A stretch of 64,000 nt of DNA. Source: Alphaproteobacteria bacterium (GTDB lineage Bacteria > Pseudomonadota > Alphaproteobacteria > UBA828). The notes under the pieces were generated by a model. It did not search any database and was not told the DNA's origin. It saw only the letters and a list, made by a program, of their open reading frames with translations. Location: NCBI GenBank assembly GCA_963422645.2, contig CAXXVO010000017.1:192001-256000 (forward strand). Reading direction: 5' to 3'. Of the stretch, positions 50,382 to 60,003 are shown piece by piece (position 1 is the stretch's first letter; every line of letters begins with the position of its first letter). Both the position numbers and the translations under genes were made by a program.

Positions 50382-52184
50382 TCAAGAATCACCGGGAAAG
50401 GCGTCGATCAGCTTCGCGATGCGGCCTGCCTCGGTCTGGTTCAGCAACTCCTCCGCATGACGCGTTGCCACTGCGGCGTCGAGCGCGAGGATGCGTTGCT
50501 TCACGCGCGGAACATTCTGCGGCGCCATGGAGAGATCGCGCAGGCCGAACCCCAGTAACATCGCGGTAAAACGCGGGTTGCCCGCGAGCTCACCGCAGAG
50601 ATTGACCGGAATGCCGGCCCGCCGGGCGGCATCGGTGGCGAAGCGGATGAGCCGGAGCACTGCGGGATGGAGGGGGTCGTACAGGTGCGCGACCTGATCG
50701 TCGCCGCGGTCGGTCGCGAGCGTGTACATGGTGAGGTCGTTGGTGCCGAGGGAGAAGAAGTCGCAGGCGTCGGCCAGCGCATCGGCCGCGAGCGCTGCGC
50801 CCGGCGTCTCGATCATGATTCCGAGCGGCGGTGCATCGACGATCGCTACTCGCCTGCGGGTCAGCCGGCGGACCATCTTGTCCACGGCCTTCCGCACCTG
50901 CCTGATTTCCTCCACCGAAGTGATCATCGGCACCAGAATGCCCACGGGCCCGTGGGCGCCGGCGCGCAAAATGGCCGCGATCTGCGCCTCCAGCAGTGCC
51001 GGCGCCTTTAGCGAAAGACGGATGGCGCGGAGCCCGAGTGCCGGATTGACGCTTGGCGCGATGTGCTCGCCGAGGGAGTAGGCGAGCTTGTCCGAACCCA
51101 CATCGAGGGTCCGCACGGTCACCGGCGCCCCTTCCATGCCGGCGACGATTTCCTTGAGCGCGACGTACTGCTCGTCCTCGCTCGGCGGCTCCTCTCGGTT
51201 CATGTACAGGAACTCGCTGCGCAGAAGCCCGATTCCCTCGGCGCCCGCCTCCTGCGCCTGCGGCAGCTCATTCGGCAGCTCGATGTTGCATTGCAGGGTG
51301 ACGCGCGCGCCGTCGGACGAGACGGCCGCGACCCGGCGCAATCGGGCGAGCTGGCGCTCGCGGCGCTCGAGCGCGCGGCGGCGGCGCTCAAGACGGGCGA
51401 TCGTCTCCTCGCCGGGGTTGACCACGAGCCCGCCGCGCACGCCGTCCACTGCCACGATGTCGCCTGAGCGTACGGCACCGACGAGGTCCGCCACCCCTAG
51501 CACCGCCGGCAACCCGAGCGAGCGCGCCATGATCGCGGTGTGCCCCTCGGCGCCGCCGAGCGCTGCGGCGAAGCCGCCGATGCGCGCGGGGTCCATGAGC
51601 GCGGTGTCGGCGGGCGTGATCTCCTCGGCGATGATGATGGTGCCGGGAGGCAGGCCGGAAAACGCCTGGTAGCCCGCCCGGGTCAGGTTGCGCACGAGGC
51701 GCGCGCTCGCCTCGCGCACGTCGTCGATCTTGCCCGCGAGATAGGAATCCTCCATCCCGGCGAAGGCCTGCGCGATCTCCGAAAGCTGCACCTGGACCGC
51801 CGCCTCGGCGTTGATGCGCGCATCCCTGATGCGCATCTCGACGCCGCGCACGAGACGGGAGCCCGAGAGCATCAGGAGGTGCGCATCGAGCAGGTGGCGA
51901 AGCTGGCCTGCCACCTCCTCCGGCAGCGCCTCGGCCTGGGCCTGTAGCTGGCGGATCTGCGCTGCGGAGAGCGCAACGGCGTCGTGGAAGCGCGCGATCT
52001 CGGCTTCGACCGCGTCGTCCTCGATGCGGTACTCGGGCACGTCGATGAGGCCGCGCTCGACCACGTGCGCGGGCCCCACCGCGATGCCGGCGGATACGCC
52101 CAGGCCGCTGAAGCGCCGCTCTGGCCGATCCGCCAGTTCAAGGGCCAGAGCCCACGCGGAGGCGGTGCTTCCTTCAGTCTTCAT
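50382..52184 (-). CDS. ptsI: PEP-protein phosphotransferase, enzyme I (no GAF domain)
   Basis: GGAEGHTAIMARS, GIGLLRSEF, VRTLDVG, SLGTNDLT. Confidence 0.9.
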   Translation of the reverse strand: MKTEGSTASAWALALELADRPERRFSGLGVSAGIAVGPAHVVERGLIDVPEYRIEDDAVEAEIARFHDAVALSAAQIRQLQAQAEALPEEVAGQLRHLLDAHLLMLSGSRLVRGVEMRIRDARINAEAAVQVQLSEIAQAFAGMEDSYLAGKIDDVREASARLVRNLTRAGYQAFSGLPPGTIIIAEEITPADTALMDPARIGGFAAALGGAEGHTAIMARSLGLPAVLGVADLVGAVRSGDIVAVDGVRGGLVVNPGEETIARLERRRRALERRERQLARLRRVAAVSSDGARVTLQCNIELPNELPQAQEAGAEGIGLLRSEFLYMNREEPPSEDEQYVALKEIVAGMEGAPVTVRTLDVGSDKLAYSLGEHIAPSVNPALGLRAIRLSLKAPALLEAQIAAILRAGAHGPVGILVPMITSVEEIRQVRKAVDKMVRRLTRRRVAIVDAPPLGIMIETPGAALAADALADACDFFSLGTNDLTMYTLATDRGDDQVAHLYDPLHPAVLRLIRFATDAARRAGIPVNLCGELAGNPRFTAMLLGFGLRDLSMAPQNVPRVKQRILALDAAVATRHAEELLNQTEAGRIAKLIDAFPGDS

Positions 52185-52473
52185 CGAAGCCACCGTCCAC
52201 GAGTGCCGTCAGCGCCGCCAGTGCCGCGTCCGCGTCCCTGCCCGCGGTCTCGATCTCGATCTCGCTGCCAGGCCCCGCCACCAGCATCATCAGCCCGAGG
52301 ATCGAGAGGCCCGAGACCCGCGTGCCGTTGCAGGAGACGGCGACGTCGACTTCGAAGCGCGAGGCGGTCTTGACGAATTTCGCCGCCGCGCGCGCGTGGA
52401 GCCCGCGCCGGTTGCCGATCAGGCATGTGCGGCGGTGGCTCCCTTCGCCGGGCTTGGTCGCCGCCTCGTTCAC
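52174..52473 (-). CDS. ptsH: HPr/NPr phosphocarrier protein
   Basis: NRRGLHARAAAK, SILGLMML. Confidence 0.92.
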   Translation of the reverse strand: MNEAATKPGEGSHRRTCLIGNRRGLHARAAAKFVKTASRFEVDVAVSCNGTRVSGLSILGLMMLVAGPGSEIEIETAGRDADAALAALTALVDGGFDED

Positions 52474-52877
52474 GCCTCGTCACCCTCAAGCAGCCGGCCC
52501 GCGACGTGGATATAGGTGCGCCCGGCCTCCTGCGCGGCGGCCACGGCGGCGCGCAGATCGCTGCCCGAGCGCACGCTCGCGAGCTTGATCAGCATCGGCA
52601 GGTTTACGCCGGCGATGACCTCGACATTCGCGCCCTCCATGACCGAGATGGCGAGGTTCGAGGGCGTCCCGCCGAACATATCAGTAAGCACGATCACGCC
52701 GTCACCATCATCGGTGGCGCCGATGGCGTCGAGAATGTCCTGGCGGCGCTGCTCCATGTCGTCGTCGGGGCCGATGCAGATGGCGCGCGTGCGGGGCTGC
52801 GGCCCGACGACGTGCTCGGTTGCCGCGACGAACTCCTCGGCGAGCCCTCCGTGCGTGACCAGAACGATGCCGATCAT
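52470..52877 (-). CDS. PTS EIIA, mannose/fructose type
   Basis: MIGIVLVTHG, TDMFGGTPSN, GVNLPML. Confidence 0.93.
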   Translation of the reverse strand: MIGIVLVTHGGLAEEFVAATEHVVGPQPRTRAICIGPDDDMEQRRQDILDAIGATDDGDGVIVLTDMFGGTPSNLAISVMEGANVEVIAGVNLPMLIKLASVRSGSDLRAAVAAAQEAGRTYIHVAGRLLEGDEA

Positions 52878-52881
52878 CGAC

Positions 52882-53793
52882 TCACCCCGCCGCCCGCCGC
52901 TCCGGCGCGCTCTCGGTGTCGAGATCGCGGTGGCGCAGCGTGATCTGCCAGCGCCCGCCGCCCAGCGTCTGGGCCAGATGCTCCGCCACGGCGACCGAGC
53001 GATGCCGCCCGCCCGTGCATCCAAGCGCGATCGTGAGGTAGGAGCGCCCGTCCCGCTCGAAGGCCGGAAGCAGCGGCCTGAACATCGCCACCATGCCCTC
53101 GAAGAACGAGCCGTAGGCCGGGTCGTCCCGCACGTGGCGCGCGACCTCGGGTTCGCGCCCGGTGAGCGGCCGGAGTGTCGGCACATGGTGAGGGTTTGTG
53201 AGGAAGCGGACATCGAACACGAAGTCGGCGTCCGGCGGCACGCCGCGGCTGTAGGCGAAAGAGAGCACGAAGATCGCGCGCGCCCGCTTGGACTCCGGCT
53301 CGAAGCGCGCAGCAATGATGCTGCGCAGATCGCGGACGGAAAGCCGGCTCGTGTTGAGGGTGATATCCGCACGGTCGCGGACCCAGCCGAGCAGTGCGCG
53401 CTCGCGCGCAATTCCCTCAACGACCGGCTGGTCATGCGCCAGCGGGTGCGGGCGGCGGGTCTCGCTGAAGCGTCGGCGCAGCACCTCGGTCTCGCAGTCG
53501 AGGAAGAGCAGGGCGATCTCGCCGGGCCCGCCCGTGCCGAGCAAGGGCTCGAGATAGCGCTCGATCTCGCCGGGATCGAATCCCCTGGTGCGTGAATCGA
53601 TGCCGAGCGCGAGCGCGCCCCGCTGCCCGTTCTCGCCCCGCGCTTGGACCAGTTCCGAGAGCATCGAGAGGGGCAGGTTGTCGATCGCCTCGTAGCCGAG
53701 GTCTTCCAGAATCTTGAGCGCCGTCGACTTGCCGGCGCCGGACATTCCGGTCACCAGAACGAGGGTGCGATCGCCGGAGGGCTCAATACCCAT
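52882..53793 (-). CDS. rapZ: RNase adapter RapZ
   Basis: VTGMSGAGKS, IDNLP, FDVRFL.NP, GCTGGRHRSV. Confidence 0.94.
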   Translation of the reverse strand: MGIEPSGDRTLVLVTGMSGAGKSTALKILEDLGYEAIDNLPLSMLSELVQARGENGQRGALALGIDSRTRGFDPGEIERYLEPLLGTGGPGEIALLFLDCETEVLRRRFSETRRPHPLAHDQPVVEGIARERALLGWVRDRADITLNTSRLSVRDLRSIIAARFEPESKRARAIFVLSFAYSRGVPPDADFVFDVRFLTNPHHVPTLRPLTGREPEVARHVRDDPAYGSFFEGMVAMFRPLLPAFERDGRSYLTIALGCTGGRHRSVAVAEHLAQTLGGGRWQITLRHRDLDTESAPERRAAG

Positions 53794-54245
53794 CAGCCAG
53801 CCGAGCGTTCTGCCTGCGCCTGCTGGCCGACGGCAGCGACACGCGAGAGCGCGAGCCGAAGCTTCGCCGGCGTGGACGCCTCGAATGGGGCAAGCATCAC
53901 GTGCGCGATCCGATGACCGCAGAGTTCGACGGTCGCAGCCTCCGGCATACGCTCCACCGCGTCGGGCTGGACCAGGTCGACCACCAGCTGGACCGGGCAT
54001 TGATGCACGAACTCCATCGAGACGATCCCGATTCCTCGCACTTCGAGCAGTCCCGCGATACGCGACGGTGGCGCCGCGAGCAACGCCTCGCCGCTGCTCG
54101 TCAACGCAACTTGATCGTCAGCGACGAGTCGCGCGCCGCCCTCGATCAGGCGCAGCGCGAGGTCGGACTTGCCGGCGCCGGGGGCGCCGCGCAGCAGAAC
54201 GCCCTTGCCCGCCAGGGCGACGCAGCTGGCATGGACCAGAACCAT
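53793..54245 (-). CDS. hprK: Short alphaproteobacterial HPr kinase/phosphorylase
   Basis: VHASCV, GAPGAGKSDLAL, LVADD, LEVRGIG. Confidence 0.88.
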   Translation of the reverse strand: MVLVHASCVALAGKGVLLRGAPGAGKSDLALRLIEGGARLVADDQVALTSSGEALLAAPPSRIAGLLEVRGIGIVSMEFVHQCPVQLVVDLVQPDAVERMPEAATVELCGHRIAHVMLAPFEASTPAKLRLALSRVAAVGQQAQAERSAG

Positions 54246-54292
54246 CGGGCGACCGTGCGGCCCGGCGCGACGGCTGTCAATCGGCCGGGCTC

Positions 54293-54757
54293 TCACGCCC
54301 GCGAGGTGTCGGCCGCAGCGGTGAGCACGGCATAAAGCGCCTCCGCGTTGTCGGCGCCGCGCAAGCGCGCGCATACACGGTGGTCGCGCAGCAGGCGCGA
54401 GACCAGCGCCAGCGCCTTCAGATGATCCGATCCTGCAGAATCCGGCGCGAGCAGCAGGAAAATGAGGTCCACCGGCTTCCCGTCCACCGCGTCGAACTCG
54501 ATGGGCTCCCGCAGGCGGGCAAACACCGCCGAAAGCTGCGTCAGACTGGCGAGCCTGCCATGCGGGATTGCAACCCCGTCACCGACCCCGGTCGAGCCCA
54601 GACGCTCGCGTGCGAGCAGCAGGTTGAGGACGTCCCGCTCCTCATGCGCCGTCTGCGCCGCGGCGATGGCGGAAAGCTGCTGCAGCGCCTGCTTCTTGCT
54701 GCCTGCTTTCACGTCGTCCAGGACGCCGCTCAATGGCAAGAGGTCCGCAATCTCCAT
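54293..54757 (-). CDS. ptsN: PTS EIIA-Ntr
   Basis: RERLGSTGVG.GVAIPH. Confidence 0.93.
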   Translation of the reverse strand: MEIADLLPLSGVLDDVKAGSKKQALQQLSAIAAAQTAHEERDVLNLLLARERLGSTGVGDGVAIPHGRLASLTQLSAVFARLREPIEFDAVDGKPVDLIFLLLAPDSAGSDHLKALALVSRLLRDHRVCARLRGADNAEALYAVLTAAADTSRA

Positions 54758-54838
54758 TCCCCGGCCGCTCTGTTGGTTGCCGTAGAAGGCAGCGCTTGGT
54801 CGCCGGTGGTGGCGGCCGATGCTCGGCCGTGACGCCCT

Positions 54839-55195
54839 TCAGTCGGCCGTCTGCGGCGACGGCTCGGCCCCGTCCGGGGCCTTCGCGCCGCGCGGGGACT
54901 TGTGATGGTCACGCAGCTTGCGCTTGTGCCGGCGCATGCGCTTCTCCAGCCGCTCGGCCGCGATGCTGAAGCTCGCCGTCATGTCGGCAGCCGACGCGTG
55001 GCTCTGAAACCTGATGCCGTGGCCGACGTGGATCATAAGGTCGGTCTCGATCATCTGAGCCACCTTGGCGAATACCGCTTGCGCGTCGATGGCCGTGGAA
55101 AAGAATTTCCCGGCCGAGGTCTCGAGACGTCGCGTAACCTGGTCGCGAAAGCTTTCGTTGACGCTGACGTGCCGGCCTGTGATGGCGATCTGCAT
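54839..55195 (-). CDS. hpf: Ribosome hibernation promoting factor
   Basis: MQIAITGRHV...RLEKRMRRHKRKL; upstream of ptsN. Confidence 0.88.
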   Translation of the reverse strand: MQIAITGRHVSVNESFRDQVTRRLETSAGKFFSTAIDAQAVFAKVAQMIETDLMIHVGHGIRFQSHASAADMTASFSIAAERLEKRMRRHKRKLRDHHKSPRGAKAPDGAEPSPQTAD

Positions 55196-55294
55196 GATTA
55201 CCCCCGCAGTCTCGCTGCAAGGCCGATTATACGCGAGGTGGACCCAAGGCGGGAAGCGCGGCGGGCGATCCTATCGAATCCGGCGGGGCTCCGG

Positions 55295-55366
55295 TGCCGC
55301 CGGGAAGAATCGAACTTCCGGCCCCTCCCTTACCAAGGGAGTGCTCTACCCCTGAGCTACGGCGGC
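55295..55366 (-). tRNA. tRNA-Thr(GGT)
   Basis: GCCGCCGTAGCTCAGGGGTAGAGCACTCCCTTGGTAAGGGAGGGGCCGGAAGTTCGATTCTTCCCGGCGGCA folds into a cloverleaf; followed by CCG, not CCA. Confidence 0.95.
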
Positions 55367-55460
55367 GCGGGCGCGACCTTGCCACAGCGCCGGCCCCCCG
55401 GCAACGGCGAGCGGCAGTCTTGCCGCGAGCCACATGCATTCTCAGGATGTTGAGCTTCAG

Positions 55461-55521
55461 AGGGGCCGGCTCGCGATGCGAGCCGGAGCGAGCGCCCGCC
55501 GCCTGAGGGCAATGAATAAAG
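55461..55521. repeat. Structured intergenic repeat, copy B (IS66 inserted in its AT-rich tail)
   Basis: CCGGCTCGC-GAT-GCGAGCCGG hairpin followed by GCCTGAGGGCAATGAATAAAG. Confidence 0.7.
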
Positions 55522-57409
55522 GTAACTGCCCAGGTTCTTGCTGTGAAAATTCTCTGGGATTCGGCACAACGCTACCCACGCGACGCCCGTGTGCTCCTCT
55601 GGGGTCGCCGGGTTTCACAGCTCACGATGCCCCTCTTGCGGACTGCGACCGGTAAGCTACCCCGATGTGGCCCGAAGTCCGCCCGCGCGACGGGCACCGA
55701 TTTTCATTCTATGGGGTGGTCCAGCACGGCGTCGACCATGATCGTTTATGAGAATGGCTCCGCTGTTGGAGAACCCGTGCCAGGTGAGCTTACGCGCACT
55801 TGACGGTGGCGATGAGCCGATCCGATGGGCTGGTCAGGGCTTCGATGATATTCCAGCCCTGCTTTCTGGCGGTGGTGATGACGCTGCGCAGGATGGCGAA
55901 GTTCTCGGCCCCCTGCGCGGACCGGAAGCCCCCGGAGATCTTCTGGCGCAGCTTCATCATCCGAAGGTCGCGCTCGGCCTCGTTGTTCGTGAACCCGACC
56001 TCGAGGTCGATCAGGAACCGGAGCACCGCGCATTTGTGGTCGCGCAGCCTCAAGGCCAGATTGTGACCGATCCTTCGCTTCCGGCGCTTCTTCCTCTTGC
56101 CAGGCGAGAACGGTGGTTGGCTCTCGTGAAAGGCCAGCGCATCGGCGATGATCTCGTCGTATCGGCGCTCGATCAGCGCCACAAGCCTCGCCGGAACGGC
56201 GATATCCTTGTCCAGCGCGATGCGGGCGGCGCGATTGGCTCGGCGCAGGAGCTGCTGCATCCGCCGGGCCCAAGCCTCCCCTTCGATGTCCACCAGCGCC
56301 TGCAACTCCCGCAGGTGATGGGCGTTGCACAGGCCGTGCTCCACCCCTTCCATCGCGAAGTACGGCTTCCAGTGATCGTGCACGACGATGCCGGAGACAC
56401 CCGAGAGCAGGGCGCCGCGCTTGCCGCTGACCCGGTACGCCGCCAGCAGCGGCGTGCAGATCACATGAAGCCACTGCGTCTGACCGCCGATCCGCAAGCC
56501 GGTCTCGTCCATGTGTTTCACCCGCGCCGTGCCCGCCGCCAGGTCCTGTATGTGCAAGGCCGCGTCCCGCAGCCGCTCGGCCGCCCTCTCGCTCATCGTC
56601 GCCAACGTCGCAGCCGTCACCGGCGCGCCGAAGAGCTCGGCCATCACCTGCGACAGCCGATCCTCCGGCAGGAAGTGAGCGTGCTGAAGGTAGACCGCCA
56701 CCCCGGCAATGCGCGGGCCGTACTGCACCGGCGCCGACACCCCGTCGGGGAACGCCGCCCGGGTCACCGTCCCGCAATGCCCGCAGCACTTGGCATGCGC
56801 CCGGTGCTCGGTCACCTCCAGGGGGCTCGGCTCGGGCAGATCGAACACCTGGCGGGCGACGGGCGTTCCCGCCCTGGCCGCGTCCGAAAGCGGCGAACCG
56901 CATCCCTTGCAGGAAGCCGGGACGTGATCCTTCACCCGATCCGGGTGATCGGCGCGGCGCAGCGTCTTGCCCTTGTGGCCGGGCTGGCCACCGGGCTTGC
57001 GGCCCGATTTGCCGCGCAGGCTTCGGGTTCGCCGCTTCGAATTCGGCTTCCTCAGCCCATCGCTCGAAGGCGGCTTGCCGCTGTTGCCGCTGTTGAGGCC
57101 GAGACGGCGCTCCAACTCCTCGATGCGCTCGACGAGACGCGCGACTTGCTCTTCCAGCCGCGCGTTCTGCTGCCGAAGCCAGGCATTTTCCTCCCGAAGC
57201 CGGGCGTTCTCCTCCTCCAGGCGGGCGATCTTCTGCGCGGGCGTTTCGGGCGCTGCTCCCGTCGAAGGGCCGCGCGGCGACTCGGGATTGCTCATGTCGT
57301 TGTTGAGTCATTTCCCGAAATTCCCGTCAAGCCCTTTCCACCAACTCCGAACGAGAAACGCCTCAATCCACTGGCCCAAAATGACAAATCAGACGACCTG
57401 GGCAGTTAC
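55522..57409 (-). mobile_element. IS66-family element, copy 2 (1888 bp)
   Basis: Same IRs as copy 1; 8-bp TSD GAATAAAG at 55514-55521 and 57410-57417. Confidence 0.95.
55790..57295 (-). CDS. IS66 transposase
   Basis: Same protein as copy 1 except for an extra NSG. Confidence 0.95.
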   Translation of the reverse strand: MSNPESPRGPSTGAAPETPAQKIARLEEENARLREENAWLRQQNARLEEQVARLVERIEELERRLGLNSGNSGKPPSSDGLRKPNSKRRTRSLRGKSGRKPGGQPGHKGKTLRRADHPDRVKDHVPASCKGCGSPLSDAARAGTPVARQVFDLPEPSPLEVTEHRAHAKCCGHCGTVTRAAFPDGVSAPVQYGPRIAGVAVYLQHAHFLPEDRLSQVMAELFGAPVTAATLATMSERAAERLRDAALHIQDLAAGTARVKHMDETGLRIGGQTQWLHVICTPLLAAYRVSGKRGALLSGVSGIVVHDHWKPYFAMEGVEHGLCNAHHLRELQALVDIEGEAWARRMQQLLRRANRAARIALDKDIAVPARLVALIERRYDEIIADALAFHESQPPFSPGKRKKRRKRRIGHNLALRLRDHKCAVLRFLIDLEVGFTNNEAERDLRMMKLRQKISGGFRSAQGAENFAILRSVITTARKQGWNIIEALTSPSDRLIATVKCA

Positions 57410-57453
57410 GAATAAAGTATCAGTGAGGCCTTGACCGCCGCGGCGACTCCACT

Positions 57454-57488
57454 ATATTGCGTCGCAACATGATGCTGCACTGCAATAT
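57454..57488. promoter_or_regulatory. Probable PhaR operator upstream of the phasin
   Basis: ATATTGCGTCGCAAC...GCTGCACTGCAATAT: two TGC-N3-GCA boxes within an overall palindrome. Confidence 0.65.
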
Positions 57489-57551
57489 GACGCGTTTTCG
57501 TGGAGCGGCGCGCATCGCCTGGAACAATCCCCAACCGAGAGGGTGAAAGCG

Positions 57552-57968
57552 ATGACCACCAAATCCGAAACAGCGAGCAAGGCCACCGCGTCCGGCCCCA
57601 AGACCCCCTGGAACGGCGCCCTGCCCTTCGAGACCATTGCCGAGGAGAGCCGTGCGAGCTTCGGCAGCGTCGTCGAGGCTTCGACCATCGCAGCGAAGGG
57701 CTACGGCGCCATCGGCAACGCCTGGTTCGACTTCGCCAAGGAGGCGATGGCCGCCCAGGCCGGCGTGGCCGAGGCGCTGATGGGTGCGCGCAGCTGGGCC
57801 GAGCTCACCGAGGCCCAGACCGGGGCTGCAAAGGGTGCCTTTGAGCGCACGATGACGGCCGGCAACCGCATTGCGGACATGACCGTCAAGACCGCCGGCG
57901 ACGCGATGGAGCCGATCCGCGCACGCGCCGAGGATGTGGTCGAGCGCTACGGCAAGTCCGCCGTCTAA
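57552..57968 (+). CDS. Phasin family protein
   Basis: Ala-rich helical protein with ALMGARSWAELTEAQT and AMEPIRAR; PhaR-like box upstream. Confidence 0.78.
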   Translation: MTTKSETASKATASGPKTPWNGALPFETIAEESRASFGSVVEASTIAAKGYGAIGNAWFDFAKEAMAAQAGVAEALMGARSWAELTEAQTGAAKGAFERTMTAGNRIADMTVKTAGDAMEPIRARAEDVVERYGKSAV

Positions 57969-57989
57969 CGGCGCCCGACACCCCTTACC

Positions 57990-58021
57990 AAGGGCCCGGA
58001 GCCGCACGGTTCCGGGCCCTT
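57990..58021. terminator. Hairpin between the convergent phasin and purN genes
   Basis: AAGGGCCCGGAGCCG-CA-CGGTTCCGGGCCCTT. Confidence 0.7.
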
Positions 58022-58024
58022 CGC

Positions 58025-58678
58025 TTAAGGGCTTGGCGCCGGGTTGATGAGAGCACCGCCCGGTGCCTCCGCGTCTATGACGCAGCGCTCGCCCACGAGC
58101 GAAACGCGGCGCTCGGCAATCAGGCGAACGGCGAGCGGCAGGCAGCGATGCTCCTCGCGCAACACCCGGGCCGCGAGCGTCTCGACTGTATCGTCTGGCA
58201 AGACCGGGACTGCCGCTTGAACGATGATCGGCCCGTTGTCCACCTCGGGCCGCACGAAGTGGACCGTACAACCGGCAAAGCGAACCCCGGCCTCGATGGC
58301 CCTGGCGTGGGTGTCGAGCCCCTTGAATGCGGGCAGCAAGGAAGGGTGGATGTTGATCAGCCGGTCGCGCCAGCGCTCGACGAACTCGGCCGTGAGCACA
58401 CGCATGAAACCCGCAAGGCAGACCAGCCCGACACCGCTCGCCTCGAGCGCCTGGGAGAGCGCCTGCTCGAAGGCCGCGTGGGAGCCATACCCCCTGTGGT
58501 CGATCGCCCGATGGGGCAGGCCCGCGCGTTCAGCTCGCGTGAGTCCGAAGGCGTCGGCCCGGTTGGAAAGCACCAGCACGATCTCGCTCTCGGCTTCCGC
58601 GCGCGCGCAATCGTCGATGAGGGCCTGCAGATTGGTCCCGCTGCCCGAGATCAGGACTCCAACTTTCAGCTGCGCCAT
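58025..58678 (-). CDS. purN: Phosphoribosylglycinamide formyltransferase
   Basis: LISGSGTNLQAL, LAGFMR, NIHPSLLP. Confidence 0.96.
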   Translation of the reverse strand: MAQLKVGVLISGSGTNLQALIDDCARAEAESEIVLVLSNRADAFGLTRAERAGLPHRAIDHRGYGSHAAFEQALSQALEASGVGLVCLAGFMRVLTAEFVERWRDRLINIHPSLLPAFKGLDTHARAIEAGVRFAGCTVHFVRPEVDNGPIIVQAAVPVLPDDTVETLAARVLREEHRCLPLAVRLIAERRVSLVGERCVIDAEAPGGALINPAPSP

Positions 58679-58805
58679 GTGGTCTCCCGCCGACTTCCGG
58701 CCGCTGCCGGTCGCTTGGATGCAGACGCCATGATACCCTGCCGTCCGGGTTTCAGGCCGCCGCCGGCCGCAAGACGTGACGTCAGTGAGTACTCCGAGCT
58801 CAACC

Positions 58806-59996
58806 ATGTGTGGACCAGCCCGCATCGCGCTCTTGTGCGCGCTGGTGCTGCTCCTCGCCTGCGGCACGGCACGCGCGAATTCTGTGTTCACCGTGGCGCA
58901 CGTTCCCATCGATGCCGAGGCCGCATCGGCGGCGGAGGCGCGGGAGCTCGCCATCGCCGCGGGCCAACGCGCCGCGCTGGAGACCCTGCTGCGCCGCCTC
59001 ACGGTCGCGGGCACGGCTCTGCCGGCGCCTGCCGAAGAGCCCATCGCGGCGATGATGGCGGGCTTCGCGATCGATCGCGAGCTGGTCTCGACCACCCGCT
59101 ACCGCGCGTTGCTGACCGTGGATTTCGACCCGGCCGAGGTGCGCTGGCTGCTGCGCGAGAGCGGCATCGCCTATGCCGAGACCGTGAGCAAGCCCGTGTT
59201 GGTGGTGGCGGTTCAGCGCGACCCCGGCGGCATCCTGCTGTGGGAGGACGGCAATCGCTGGCGGCGGGCGTGGGAGGAGCGCCCCCTGCATGGCGGCCTG
59301 GTGCCTATCCTCCTGCCGCTCGGCGATGTCATCGATCTCGGCACGGTCGATGCCGCGCAGGCGTTGGCGTCGGATGCTGACACTCTCACCGCGCTCGCCG
59401 CGCTTTACGGCTCGAGCGAAGTCGCCGTCGCCATCGCCGGCCTTTCCGGCTCCGCTGCCGTCGCAAAACCGTCTGCGCCTGCCGCACCGGGGGCGGAGGG
59501 CGCCGACAACGATGCCCCGGCCGCAGGCCGCGCCCTTACGCTCTCGCTGCGCCGGATCGCTGAGGACGAGAGCCAGGCCATCCAGAAGACGCTGATCGGC
59601 CGCGCGGGGGAGAGCGAGCGGGCGCTGCTCAAGCGCGGCACCGACCGGGTCGTCACCCTGCTGGAGGATGACTGGAAGGCCACCAATCTGATCCGCTACG
59701 ACGAGCAGCGGGCGCTTCGGGCGACGGTGCCGATCGCCGGCCTCGGCGAATGGGTGTCGATCCAACAGCGCATTGCGGCGCTCGCCATGGTTGCATCGGT
59801 CGAAATCGACTCCCTCTCGCTGCGCGAGGGGCGGGTCACGCTCCGCTTTCACGGCACAGAGGACCAGCTCCGCCTCGCCCTCGGCCAGAATGACCTCGAT
59901 CTCGCGCCTGAGGCGGATAAATGGGTTCTGCGTCCCCGCGCCGAGCCGCCGAATCCGGTGGCGCCCGATGCGCTCGCGCCGGGTGAGGGCGAGTGA
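58806..59996 (+). CDS. DUF2066 domain exported protein
   Basis: Signal peptide; AREL.IAAGQR; conserved position upstream of hdaA. Confidence 0.75.
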   Translation: MCGPARIALLCALVLLLACGTARANSVFTVAHVPIDAEAASAAEARELAIAAGQRAALETLLRRLTVAGTALPAPAEEPIAAMMAGFAIDRELVSTTRYRALLTVDFDPAEVRWLLRESGIAYAETVSKPVLVVAVQRDPGGILLWEDGNRWRRAWEERPLHGGLVPILLPLGDVIDLGTVDAAQALASDADTLTALAALYGSSEVAVAIAGLSGSAAVAKPSAPAAPGAEGADNDAPAAGRALTLSLRRIAEDESQAIQKTLIGRAGESERALLKRGTDRVVTLLEDDWKATNLIRYDEQRALRATVPIAGLGEWVSIQQRIAALAMVASVEIDSLSLREGRVTLRFHGTEDQLRLALGQNDLDLAPEADKWVLRPRAEPPNPVAPDALAPGEGE

Positions 59997-60003
59997 GGCA
60001 CCC

